Source of the DNA: Auanema rhodensis
Lineage: Eukaryota; Animalia; Nematoda
Direction: 5' to 3'
Assembly: GCA_964057225.1 (NCBI GenBank)
Contig: OZ059897.1
Span: 15,872,001-15,936,000, forward strand
Length of the DNA stretch: 64,000 nt
Notes under the pieces: model-generated
Told to the model about the DNA's origin: nothing
The model's input: the letters and a program-made list of their open reading frames with translations, nothing else
Databases searched by the model: none
In this document: positions 12,949-25,338 of the stretch, one piece after another
Layout: every line of letters starts with the position of its first letter
Numbering within the stretch: the stretch's first letter is position 1
Made by a program: the position numbers and the translations under genes

Positions 12949-15900
12949 ATGGGAGGAAAATTTCGGCACCGTGTAAATGGCAAAGCCAAAATCAAAGTGC
13001 CTAAGGGCATGACGTAAGGAGTATTCTAAATTTTAATTTTAATGAATTTTTTAAAGATGTGAAAGTAATCCCACAAAAAATAAGCATCGTCAGCATGCAT
13101 TATCTATCAGAAATTCTTCAATTATGCAAAATGATTTAGTTGCTGTTGACGATAGACCAATTATGCCATCAGAAAGTATTGCTGATAATTTTGTAAGTCG
13201 CAAGCCACTGGTTGTTGTTGAGTTATTTTTTTTAAGGAATCTATGTCTATTGGACATGGAACATCGAGCAAGAGTATGGTATCCGAAGGAGGCTTATCTA
13301 AATTCTCAGAGTTTACAAGCTGTACGAATCCAGCTTTCGAATCCGTTCATCGTATTTGGAAGTAAGCTTTCTTATTTAATTTTTTTTGTTTTCTGTTCGA
13401 GAATCGGGCAAGGCTTTTCAAGTTATCTTGTTAAGGTCTGGATCCTCCTTGCATACGGAGGTTATCTCGGTTCTCGCTGCTGTTGCCGAGCTCATCAGGG
13501 AGCGTAACGGTATTTTATTACCCTTTGTTCATCATTTATTTGAATTCTACACAGGAAAAGAAACTGATGTTGAATATTTCTCTGCTCTTTTAACTGCCTT
13601 GGAAGGAGTTCCTCTTGAGGATACTGCCAGGACCGCTGCTACAAGTTATCTCTTACATTTGATTGTAAAGAGAGTTCCAAAAGAAGTTTTACAGTCTCAA
13701 TTCACGAGAACTACTCAAGTAATACTGTATCACTAATAATTTTTAAATATATAATATTCCAGATTTTATACACGAAACTCTTGGAAAATGCCGAAAATTC
13801 AGATGGTGCCGTGTTAAAAAATCTTTTGTCTGCTCTTGGGGTTATTTTACGAGTACAACCTTCTGTGGTTTGGAATAATGCCAACACCAGGTTTTGTTTT
13901 GTGTTATGTTTTGTTTTCTTATAGTAACTTTTTAGGAATATGATAGTATCGGTTGCGGCGTTATGCAATCATGAAAAACCTTGGGTCCGAACAATGTCGA
14001 GAAGGGTTGTTAGGGCTGTTTTAACGGATCCTGTAACTGCTATGGATAATGGTCTTCATGTTGCTTCTGCTGGCGTAGGACAATTCATTTTAACTCAACT
14101 TGAGTCCTCGTTGGGAACTCAAAATGGTGCTATGAACGCTGTTCGACATCTTTGCCTTTTGGAAGGAATAATGCATAAAATGCCTTCAAACTTATTTAAA
14201 CAATTAACTGAAACTATTCTTAAAACGTTCACGATCGCTGACTCTATGGTGAAGCTTTACACGATCAATCAAAATATACAACTTTTTTAGGTCAAATGCT
14301 CAGCTCTTCAATGCATGCATAGGGCTCTTCAACGACAACCTTGTGATGCAGCTTTACCTGTTGATACTAATGTACTTCTCATTAATGCTTTAGCGTAATA
14401 TTTTATAAACGTATCGAAACTAATTTTAAAAAATTACAGTCAACTTTCTCCATCACCGTCTGATATTGCTGTGAATGCTTATTGGATGCAAGCTCTGGCT
14501 GAAGCTCATGTTTGTCTGACTGCGAAGTCGCCTCAGAGGTGCTATCAACTACTCCCAACTACGTTCCAAATGATCGTCAAGATGTTTGAAACAGGCAATG
14601 AGCAGCTTGTACAAATTACTTACCAGGTTGGATATTCCTATGTATTTTGTTAATTGAATTTTTGAAGGTGATCTCCCGACTTGTTGAACGATGTGTTCAA
14701 GATCATGAAGAATCTGCTCGCTATCTCTTAACTCTGTTGAATGATGCCCTAACTCTCCAAACTGCTCAAGTTTGGAAGTTCATTTTAAGGTTGGCTGAAG
14801 ACGAACAAGTTTATTTAATACTTAATATTATTCAGGTCACAGATGCGTTTATATGAGACTGCAGGAGAAGGGATTATTGGTCCTGAGTTTACTAAAGCAA
14901 TTGAATCGTTAGCAGCTCTCCGTCAGAGCGATCAATGTTTCTGCAAGGCAGAGCTTGATTTTGTATGTATTTGCAAAGATATCTTTTTTATTATAATCAT
15001 TTAGACAATAGGATCTGCTGTTCGACATGTTGGAGCTGCTGCTGTTTTGAATGTTCTTAGTCTTCAAATTGATCCAGATGCCGCTATTCTCTCCACTGAT
15101 TTTCCACGATCTTGGCTTATTCCCGTCCTCCGTGTAAATATTCATAATGCTCCTCTGTCATTATTCTTAACATTCTTCCTCCCACTTGCTATCAAAATTC
15201 ATAGGTAAGCATTTTTATAAAATTAAAAATCTACTTTTAAATTTACAGACGTTTACAATCATTAGATCCTCTTCCACAGCGTCTGTTCAATACTCTGCAA
15301 ATGCAATTATGGGAGCTTCTTCCCTCATTCTGTGAATCTCCTTCCGACCTTGAGAAATCTTTCCCTGATTTAGCTCCAGTACTTCCATTCTTTTCTAATT
15401 GAGTATATATATATATATATATTTAGGTAATGGGTGCTGCCTTAAACGAACGAAAAGATTTACGATTAATAATTTTGACTGCTATTCGTAGAGCTTTGAA
15501 ATTCGCACTTCAACCGGACGCTTCTTCTGAAAGGGTTGAGGTAGTAATTGTATGAAAATTTAATCTAACATTTACATTTAATCATAGGTGATGGCGAGAT
15601 ATGCCAAAAATTTTATGCCTCTTCTTTTCAACATGTACATTAACACCTCCATCGAAGGAGAATATGATGACAAGGGTGTTAGGTACCATAATATTTTTTT
15701 CATAATGTTTAGTTATTTTAATACAGACTAGCTGTTTTGGAAACTATCAGAATATATACAGAAGTAGCACCTGCTGATTTAATTGCAAGATTCATAGACT
15801 CTGCCATTTCAAAGTATTCCGAGAAAGAAGAGGGCAAAAACGTTTATATGAAAAAGGTAGGATAGATCTTGTTTTTAGATAATTTTTTATATATTTAGAC

Positions 15901-17978
15901 TAGAATCTTGGATCTTATGTGCTGCTTAGTTAGATTTGCTCAATCGGCAGCAGTTGATAAAGTGTTTGATATTGTTCTGCCATTTTTCAAGAATAGCGAA
16001 GGACATCAAAAAAAAGCTTTCAGAATTTTGGAAGAAATTATTCAGAGAAAGTAAGGATTGTTTTTTTGTTATGGTTCATTAGTTAATTTTATTAAGATCT
16101 TCTCCTTCTCTTTCCAATTTCTTTGAACGTATTCAATCAGAAATTGACGATATAATCTCCCTCCCTATTTCTATTATTTCGCTCCCCGCTCGTGCTTCAT
16201 TCATTAGTTGCATTAATCTACTACTTGACACCTTTGAAGATTATCAAGCTCTTACCAAGTTTGTTTCCAAGGTTTTGAATGCAATCATTCTAACGTTAGA
16301 TAAGGTGATAATTTTTTTATTTTACTTTTTCTATGTACGATTTTTTTTAGAATAACAGCACTCATGCACGTGCGAATGCAAGCAAGCTTTTACAAAGCAT
16401 TTGCAATAAGCTTATTGCTGTTGCATCTGAAGCAGGGTAAACTTATCTTCAGAAGTTTTGTTTTAATATTTTCTGTTCAGGGAAACTCCATCAGGCGCTT
16501 TGAACCATGTTCTCAGTGGTATTTATGAATTAGCTGCCATAGTATCAGGAAATATTATGGAGGTTGATCTAGGAGTAGCTAGATCTACCCTTGTGGCTCT
16601 GAATATAATTGCACAGAAGCAATTGAAAGTTTTGAATGTGTCTCATCTTTCAAGAATTGTTTCGCATGGTGCTTCTTGGATTGGAGACGGTAGGGCTCCT
16701 GTACGAATTCTGGCCATCAGGTGAGCTAATTTATACTTCGCCTTTTATCTTGTATTGTATTTATATTAGATTGTTGCGTGTTCTCACGCAAAAAATGCCT
16801 GAATTTGCTATGCATCAATATAGAGAAATTCTTTTGAATTCCATATTCGAAGGTCAGCTCACTTGCGATCTTACTGTTAAGGTATTCAGTCCATTTAATA
16901 AACTTATATGGGTATTTCATTTTAAGGTTCGTAAAGCAAACCGACTTTTACTTGAAGCTTTGATGGAGAAATTTGGTTTTAATGTTCTGGAGAAATATAC
17001 AAAGAAAGAGGAATGGCTTAAACAAATGAAAAATATTGAGAAAATCAAAAGAAGAAAGGCTGCAAAAGCAACTGGAGAACCTATGGAAGCTGATAGTGAT
17101 GATGGTATATTGTAACATGAGCTTATGTAGTTAATATATGTTTCCAGAGGGAATGAGCACCGTTGGATCTCGTGTTAGTAGTACCCGCACCGCAAACGCT
17201 GATACTATTTTGGAACTTTTGGAAGATAGTGACGAAGATGATGATAGTGAAGCTATGCTTGAAACTCGTAGCAGAGCGGGCAGTGTTTGGTTGAAGGAAG
17301 ATGCCGATGGAGATGCTACTGACCTATTGGATAACAATAACCTGATTAACAGAGTTAGTCGTTGTGTAATAAGGTTTACCTAATGGCAATTTAAGGTTAC
17401 AACTTCTGATCCAGCACTCATGGCAAGAAGAAAAGCTAAGATGATGGAAAAGAAAAAAGATTCTACATTCAAATTTACTAAGGATGGAAAAATTATTATT
17501 CTTGACGAAGATGGTCAGTCTAGAAACAGTTAAAATTAATCAAATATATATGTATTGAAGATGATGAAAACCCTCTTGGAGTTGGGCGTAAAAGGAAAAA
17601 TGGATTGGATGATCTTGATGACGATATGCCTAAAAGAGTTGGAAAGAAGCGAAAAGATGATAGTGATGTTGAGTCTGATTATGAAGATTCTGATGAAGAT
17701 GAACCTGTTAAAGTATGTTTGTTGTCAAGGTTTCTTTGATTAGTTTTTTATTCCAGAAATCAAAATCTACTGTCTCAAATGCATCTTCTTACCGCCCTGG
17801 TGGAAAGGGTATACATAGAGATCTTAACAAAGAAAAGAAGAAGGGAAAAGGAAATGTACAACCATATGCTTATATTTCTTTGAAACAAAAGTCTGGGAAG
17901 CAAGATATTAGAAAGATTTTAAAAACGCAAAGAAAAAGCGGAAAAGGTGTAGCCAAGCAAAATAAGGGTATTAATTAG
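12949..17978 (+). CDS. RRP12: RRP12-like HEAT-repeat ribosome biogenesis protein
   Basis: N-terminal MGGKFRHR..CESNPTKNKHR; KETDVEYFSALLTALE; NUC173-type region (IGSAVRHVGAAAVLNVLSL..RSWLIPVLR; QLWELLPSFC); C-terminal YRPGGKGIHR..KGNVQPYAYISL. Many short introns. Divergent from the dehydrogenase, with ~440 bp between the ATGs. Confidence 0.88.
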
Positions 17979-18139
17979 TTGTTTAGATTCAAAATTGTTA
18001 TTGTTTATTTTTATTTTTTGTTTGTTATTTTGTTCTGTTGTTTGTTATCCAAATTGATTGTGATATAAAATGGTTTAAAAGTAAGCTTAAGCATTAATGT
18101 ATAAGTAATTAGAAGCTAGCTGCAACCTGGAGGGCAGCC

Positions 18140-18153
18140 GTTGTCATGGTAAC
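18140..18153 (+). promoter_or_regulatory. X-box (RFX/DAF-19 site) GTTGTCATGGTAAC
   Basis: 14-bp match to the X-box pattern GTHNYY AT RRNAAC, ~125 bp upstream of the ATG of a ciliary transition-zone gene. Confidence 0.85.
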
Positions 18154-18277
18154 AAAAGCTGGTTCACTAAGGAGCGCTTGGCATTACGGCAGCTGTTCCA
18201 GATTTTTGCGATCTTAACCACCAGTATCATTCATACTATTCTTCTAATAGGAAAAATTTTCTAAATTTCACTTCATA

Positions 18278-21200
18278 ATGGTTATACGACCACCAATTGA
18301 AAGTTGGTCTAGACCAGAGTTAGAAGATAAATATCACTCTATTATTGATAATTATCGAGAACTTCAAAAGAATAATAAAGAGTTGGAAAAGAAAGTATCA
18401 CAGTAAGTCCATTTATTCTTTTTGTATTTTGTATTTTTATCTACCAAGGCTAAATAGTAGATTTCGAAAATCTATCTTTGAAAGAAAAGCTAAAGAAGAT
18501 CATACAATAGAAAAAGAAAGATATGATGAACTTGTCAGGGATAATGAGCTTTTATTAATGAAAGTAAGATCCTCTTTCAAAATTATTTAATATATGCTCT
18601 TTTGTCAGTTAAAAACAGCAAAACATCAACTTCTCACTTATACTGCACCCAATGCTCGATCTACAACATATTCTGCAATGACTGTATGTTCTATTTTATT
18701 ATTACATTTAAAATTCTAAACATAAAAAACTTATTGGAGCATAATTATTAGGCATATATTAAATTGGTTGTTTTTTTACATTTCCAATAAGTTTTATTAT
18801 ATATTTTTTTGTACCATGATGTCAGCTTCCCAATTAAACATTTTTAAACGGTTCGTTGAACATGCTAAAGTACAATGCGAAATTTCAAATTCATATACAT
18901 ATGTAAAAAAAAACTTTTAATATAGATGATGATACTAATTCAGGGGAGGTTGGCTTCTGTACCTATGTCAACTGTTAGAAAAAATATTTCAATAGCACTA
19001 TCAGATAGAAGTCACAGAGGACAACAGCATGATGAGAACACAGGGAAAGGATCTGAGAGGTAGTTATATATAATAAATAAAACTATACATATAGATTTAT
19101 TGTAGAATGTCCAGCAATAGAAATCATGATACTAGTTTATCTGAGAAAGCAAACGTAATCAAATTGAATCGTACACTCCGTGAGAAAAATGCACAAATAG
19201 CTGAACTTCAATATGAAATAGAAAGATTAACAACGGTTAGATGAGAGTTATTCAATTAACATCTTAAATTCAATATTTCAGCAGCTACAATCTATTCGTA
19301 CAGATTTAGATGGTTATAAGTCGCAAACAGTTATTAAATCTGAAAATGATTCGTTGAATACCGAAAAAATAAAAGAGTCACAGCTTACTCATGAGAATGA
19401 ACTTGCTAAAAGAGATTTAGATATGGTTCGCAAAGAGTTGATAGTTCTCAAAGAGGCTAACGAACGACTTATAAAACAGTAAATTTAGTGCTAAAATATA
19501 TAACAAATATGTGATTTTTTAGGTCCTTAAACTATGAATTTGCTGACGGCGCTAATGACATTGTTTCTTTTAAGAAAGAAATTGTGGTTTTAGAAGAAAA
19601 ACTACGTGAATCGGAAAAGATTGAACGAGAAACAGCAAAGAAGAGACGTCACGAACGTCGTCAATATGAAGAATGGAAGCAACATTATCGCCAAAGGATT
19701 AAAGCTCTAGAAAGTAAAGAGCAAAATCGAGTCTCTGTAAAGTAAAAGATCATTCACGATTTCAATTAGAATTAATCAAAAACTTTCAGTAAAGTTAGTT
19801 CGTACGAGCAGGAATTTGATATCACACCGCGAAGCGACATATCTCATATAGATAGAGGTTCAAAGAGACGAAAACAGAAAGTATAGCAACTATTTTTTGA
19901 CATATTAATAGTATTAATACTGTAGGCTGGCCAAGAAATCACTGATGATATTCTTCTACGTCTTTACAATGATGTTGCAGGTCTTCTTGAAGCTCATAAT
20001 GGTGGACCAAATGCAAATGACTTCTTACTAGATGGTGGCCTTGATTTAAAATCAGCTGAAAAGTAATATATTATAATTGGAGATTGATCTTAACTACGTT
20101 ATATATTTAAGATGGCAAAAAATGTACGCCGAACTTTATGATGAACTTGAAAAGGTCAGGAATATGTTGTTAATACAGCATAACATAAATCAAAAACAAA
20201 ATACAGAGGTTGGACTATAAAATAGTAATTTAGTGAGCTTTAATAAGTTCAGATTTCTGTATTAAATGAGGAATGTGAGAGGTTAAGAGTCACTGCAGAA
20301 GAAAAGTTAAACGACATGAGGGATCAGTTGAAGAAAAAGCATCAAGAAGTTATATTGTTAGAAGAAAAAATCAGATCAATTGCTTATGCTGGACAAAAAC
20401 CTGTAACTTTTAATGAAAATAGTAGCAAAGTGGGTTTGAATTCCATTTTTAATTTAACACAACGATTGAAAAATTGGCAGAAATGCTTAGCAGTTGCACA
20501 AATTTTCTTTCGTGCAGTCATGTCCGAGTGGTTAAGGAGATTGACTAGAAATCAATTGGGCTTTGCCCGCGTAGGTTCGAATCCTGCTGACTGCGAAACT
20601 TTTTGCACTTATTCTATTGAATTTGTTCTATTTGAAGTAAAATTTTTTTTAGACATCAGATGATTCTTTGACATCTGAGCTGTCGATTCGGCTCTTGTCT
20701 CTAAGATTTACCAAATCATACCATGCTGCTATAATGAATTCAGAATCATGTCCATCTTCGGTGTTTCTATCACTTGAATTTTTCGATTTTGAGTTACAAA
20801 CTACACCTCACCTGCAATTTCTTGAAAAACAACCAATGGATCATACAACAATATACAACCTTGTTTGTTCAAATTTATTACTTCACTATTTACAAACGGT
20901 ATTCTTATTCCAAAAAGAACTTATAATAAATTTTTGTATTCAGAATGGAATTACAATCGAATTGTACCGTCCACATTCAAATAGCTATCATCAGTTAGGA
21001 ACTTCTGTAATAAGTTTGGCCCCTCTGCTTAGAAAGGTTGTTTTGTAACTTGTTTTCAGATAAATCATTATAATTTCAGAAAATTAAAAAATATGAAGGT
21101 ACTGCGAACGTTATTGACATAAAGTCTGGACATACCATAGCCGCAGTAACATATGAGATCACATTAGGGCAAGATTTAAATGAAGCTATAACAAGTTATA

Positions 21201-23618
21201 AGGTGGTTTTTCATTGACAAACATGAAAATTCAACAAGTTAATTTTGTCAGCAAGCAGAACGAGCCCAGACATTACTACCTCTAAACATAAAGTCTGATG
21301 ACAACATGTCGTTTGATTACCTCATTATTCAAACACATCGATGCTCGGGAATTCAAAATGAAGATAGAAGTGAGAAAAAGTACATATTGAATCTTTTCTT
21401 TTTTTCATTTAAGGATCGCTTGAACTGTGTTTGGTTCACGAGCTTCTATCATTCTCCCCATTCTTCACTGATCCAATAATCGCAACGAACTCTACGGTTG
21501 AATTTGGGTCAAAGAAAGAATGGCCTATTCCTTCTGAGCAAATTAAACACTTAAAAGATCAGGTACACAGTTACAGATTCTATTTTTGTAATTTTGCCAA
21601 TATTCTCTTTATAGGAGATAATATTCTTTCTTGTTAACACCTCAGATGATAAGAAAGGTGATGGTATACTAGGCGTTCTGTCTCTGCCATTTGCACCTCT
21701 TTTGAACCAACAAGCTATAAAAGGATCATTCAATATGAAAAAAGTAAGTTGATATCATTTCACAAATTTCGATATTTGTAAAATTTTTATTGCAGCCAGA
21801 TGGTGCAGAGTCAGGTCTGATATTAGATATCAGTGTATTTTGGAAACACATCCCATTAGAAGATACAAATAACAACAGAATGAATGCTACTACTATAAAA
21901 GTATAATATATGGTTTTTAAAGCAAGATGGAATTGTCGATTTCAGAGAGAACAGACCGAGAGCGGCATGGCTTCTAGGCCAATCAATTATGAATCTTCTA
22001 ATTCTTCTTCAACAAATTCATCACCAGCTAGAACATTAGGACAACGAAAACCATCTGTTATTGAAAGCCCAGAAGAAGAATTATGGGAATTTCCAAGAAC
22101 GTAATATTCATTTCGTTCGTAATGTATCTCTAATTCTTTATACAGGGTAGAAATTGTACGAAGCCCGGCATCTTCTTCTCGTTCATCATCCTCATCTGTA
22201 ACGACCGTTGAAGAAATAACGAAAGATAGTACACCAACGCAGACGGCAATGCAACCTTATGATATTGAGAATAAGGATGATTTCTCTTCGCCACCAAAGT
22301 TGCAATCACCTTCTGAATCAACATCATCAGATGATAACAGTCAGAATTCTACGGGAACATATACTAAAGAAAAGCCTAATGTTACAGGTGAAAATCTATA
22401 TCATTATTTGAATAAACGATACTTTGAAGATATCCAAGACGAAAGCATCGAATCTGATGGAATGACAGTGGAAAACGAAAATACAAGAGAACGTGAGCGT
22501 GATGAAATTCGCAGTTTGCTAGGAAATTTGCCTCCTATTGCCAAACCTAGACTATCCAAGGTGAAATTACAATAGTCAATATTGGAATGTTTTAGTTTCT
22601 TTAAGATTCAGTCAGATTTTGATTCAGCCAACATTTTCAAGTTACCAATCCAGCACCAAATTATTGATACGTTATCTGACGATGGAAGTGACCATAGAGA
22701 TATAAATAAAATGAAAAGAAATGTGGTTTTTACCCAGCCTCTGCATCAGTCTATCTCGCGTATGTAATTCATTGAAAACTTCTAATATTGAACTTTTCGA
22801 ACTTTTCTTATTCACTATTAGCAAAAATATTACAGCTAGTGAGAGTTCATCGCTGGCTTCGCCAACAAGTAAACGGGATAAGCCTGTTGTACCTCTTCCG
22901 GATGATGGCGGAAAAAGTGTTATCAAATCTGTTCCAAGACCTTTGGAGGTATCAACTATACACTGTATGGCGAAAATTTAATTTTTTTGAATGTTTAGAT
23001 TGATTATCCTATGGATGACACAATAATAGGAACAGTTACATTATATATAGATCAAATTTATAATTTTGAGTATTCACCACTTATGCATCCAAGTTATAAA
23101 AATATTAAATTGTATATTGACTGGTACGTTACATTCGAATTCCGTTTTACTAAGCTTCTGGGTGTAGGACATTCTTGGACTTCCCTCCGGAAGACTGTCG
23201 TGTTATCGGCAGTAAGCTTTTGGATCATACTCAACAACCCCTTCAAATTAAATTTAATTTCAGGAAAGGTAAGAAAAATTATTAAGTAATCAGCTAAAAC
23301 TTGAATTCAGAATATCATTTGACTAGAAAGCGTGTAGCATTATTAGAGCAATACATTGAGCTACATAATAAGTTAGAATTTTGTTTAATGACGGATACAG
23401 AAGAGGACAGTGAAGAACTAGCAGTGGCTTTATTGGAATTAGTTAGTAATCCAAGTGATCAAATACTTACGTTATCACGTTAGTTCTTTTTAGAGTAAAT
23501 TAAAATTCAACAATGATTTTCAGTTTTGGATGTCAGCGGGATCAAGTATGCAAATATTGATTTAGCTCTATTTTACAAGGAATCCATATTCGAAGAATCG
23601 AATGTTACCAGTCTTTAA
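18278..23618 (+). CDS. mks-5: RPGRIP1L/MKS-5 ciliary transition-zone protein (coiled coils + C2 domains)
   Basis: N-terminal RPPIESWSRPELEDKY, a long coiled coil (ELEKVRNMLLIQHNIN), C2 motif FLSLEFFDFELQTTP, and a C-terminal C2-like region. Upstream X-box. Stop TAA at 23616-23618. Confidence 0.85.
20514..20595 (+). tRNA. tRNA-Ser (anticodon AGA), intronic in mks-5
   Basis: 82-nt cloverleaf GCAGTCA..TGACTGC-G with A box TGTCCGAGTGG, anticodon arm ATTGA-CTAGAAA-TCAAT, long variable arm, and B box GGTTCGAATCC. A T5 run follows at 20600-20604. It sits within intron 20430-20652. Confidence 0.97.
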
Positions 23619-23843
23619 TAGCTGAAAAAAAATTTCGTAAAACTATGATGAAGGTTAATAAACAAGAGCAAATAATCTAGTAAGAATTCGATTTGAATAT
23701 TATAATAGTATCAGACTTAAAATTTTATGATAATCTTAACAGTAAAGAAGTCATTTTCTTAACAATAAGCAACAATATGAAATAACAATAAAAATCTCTA
23801 ACTAGATTAGATTTAGTATCTAAAAAGATCTGTAGTACCCGCT

Positions 23844-24596
23844 TCAGTATTCCTCAGGATTCAATTTCCTTGGTTTAATAGTGTGATTTTCAGCAGCACC
23901 TTTAGGATATTGAATAGCTTTAGGGTACGGCTCACCAAATAATGTATCATGAAGTTGAACCTATTAAAAAATATGAAAAAAAAAAGAAGAAAAAAAATTC
24001 ATACATTATACTTAAACTCTGTGTCATCAGGTATTACTTTTCTGCCTTCGCGTTCAGCCATTTCTTTTGTTAAAGCAACTAGACTCTAAAAGATTACATG
24101 GTTCAAAAGAAGAACATTAGAAAAGATCCACCTTAAAAGTTCTGGGTTCATATATTGCAAGCTGAGATAGAACAACATTATCTAATAGGATATGAGCTTT
24201 TTCTAAAAGATTGCGAAAATGCTTGTATTCAAAATTATGTTCTTGCAATGCAGCTTCTACTCTTTCTTGAGCATACTAAAGAAATTTTAACTATATATTA
24301 GTGTTAAAGATTAATATCTTACAAATTTTTCCAATTTTGGTTCATCATGTCGTTGCATTTCTAAGTAATTAAAAATTTTATCCTGTTTCCTATATGCTCC
24401 TTTAACTGTCGTTCTTTCTGAAGCGTATTGCCACTGAAAAGAATAATTATTTCAAAGTAATAAACTAAAAGTCTACCGCTGTGAATCTGTTAAGTCTTTC
24501 TCTGGAAAGCCATCTATCAGCTTTAGGAATCACATGGAACGGATGATAATTACTATTAACAATTCTCCTCAGAGATAATGCTGCGGACAGCCTCAT
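23844..24596 (-). CDS. mrpl-20: Mitochondrial ribosomal protein bL20m
   Basis: Spliced translation MRLSAALSLRR...RVEAALQEHNFEYKHF..ILLDNVVLSQLAIYEPRTFKSLVAL matches the bL20/MRPL20 signature. The ORF track misses it because its exons are short. Confidence 0.85.
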
Positions 24597-25338
24597 TCTA
24601 AAGATTTTCTTTTGGATCTTGTAAAACAAATTTTACATAAAAGCAAAGAAGAGAACGAATATTATCCCTAACACTTCTTTCGAAAAAAATATATCTACTT
24701 ATATATATATATTATTCTATAACTAATATCTCCAATACATGCTAACCAGAGCATGCATAATCCTGGCAAACAGCCAGATCTGAGGCCAACCAATCGTGGT
24801 AGGACCTTTTGCACTCTCTCGCGCGTCTAAGAATCGATACTATGGTTGGATACCAGCCAAGTGTAAATGTTGTGAATTTTCACCAGGAAGTGTTAGTATA
24901 TCGTAATATAAAACTTTGTATTTTTAAAACTAATAGTGAAATTGTTAATTTATCTATGATTTCAAAAATTTGAAATAATATGTTTTTCATTTCATTTTTG
25001 TATTTGCATCTTTGAATTTCAAATAATTTGGTACGCTTTTTTTTTGCTTTAGGTCATACTTTGGTTCTAAATTCTGATTAGAACATGTTATGCTAAGAAT
25101 GTTTTGTATTACTTACATTTGAAATTTTTCATGTTTTAAAAATATTGAGGTTTCCTTTTTTAATATTTATTTTGATATGATAAAAATGTTGCTTCGTGGC
25201 TCGAATTGAGAAGTTGATTTCTTTCATTTTATGACTCCGCATCCTTATCAACGCTTGTTTTGTTCTTTTCACGAGCTTAATTTCTAGCTATACGCACAGT
25301 AAAGTGTGCCATGATCCTGAGGGATACAAGATAACCAA

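Noticed and set aside
20596-20652. ETFCTY peptide in the read-through ORF resembling the vertebrate RPGRIP1L C2 motif
   Set aside because: It lies in the tRNA terminator/intron; the genuine motif (FLSLEFFDFELQTTP) is in the next exon, so this is coincidence.
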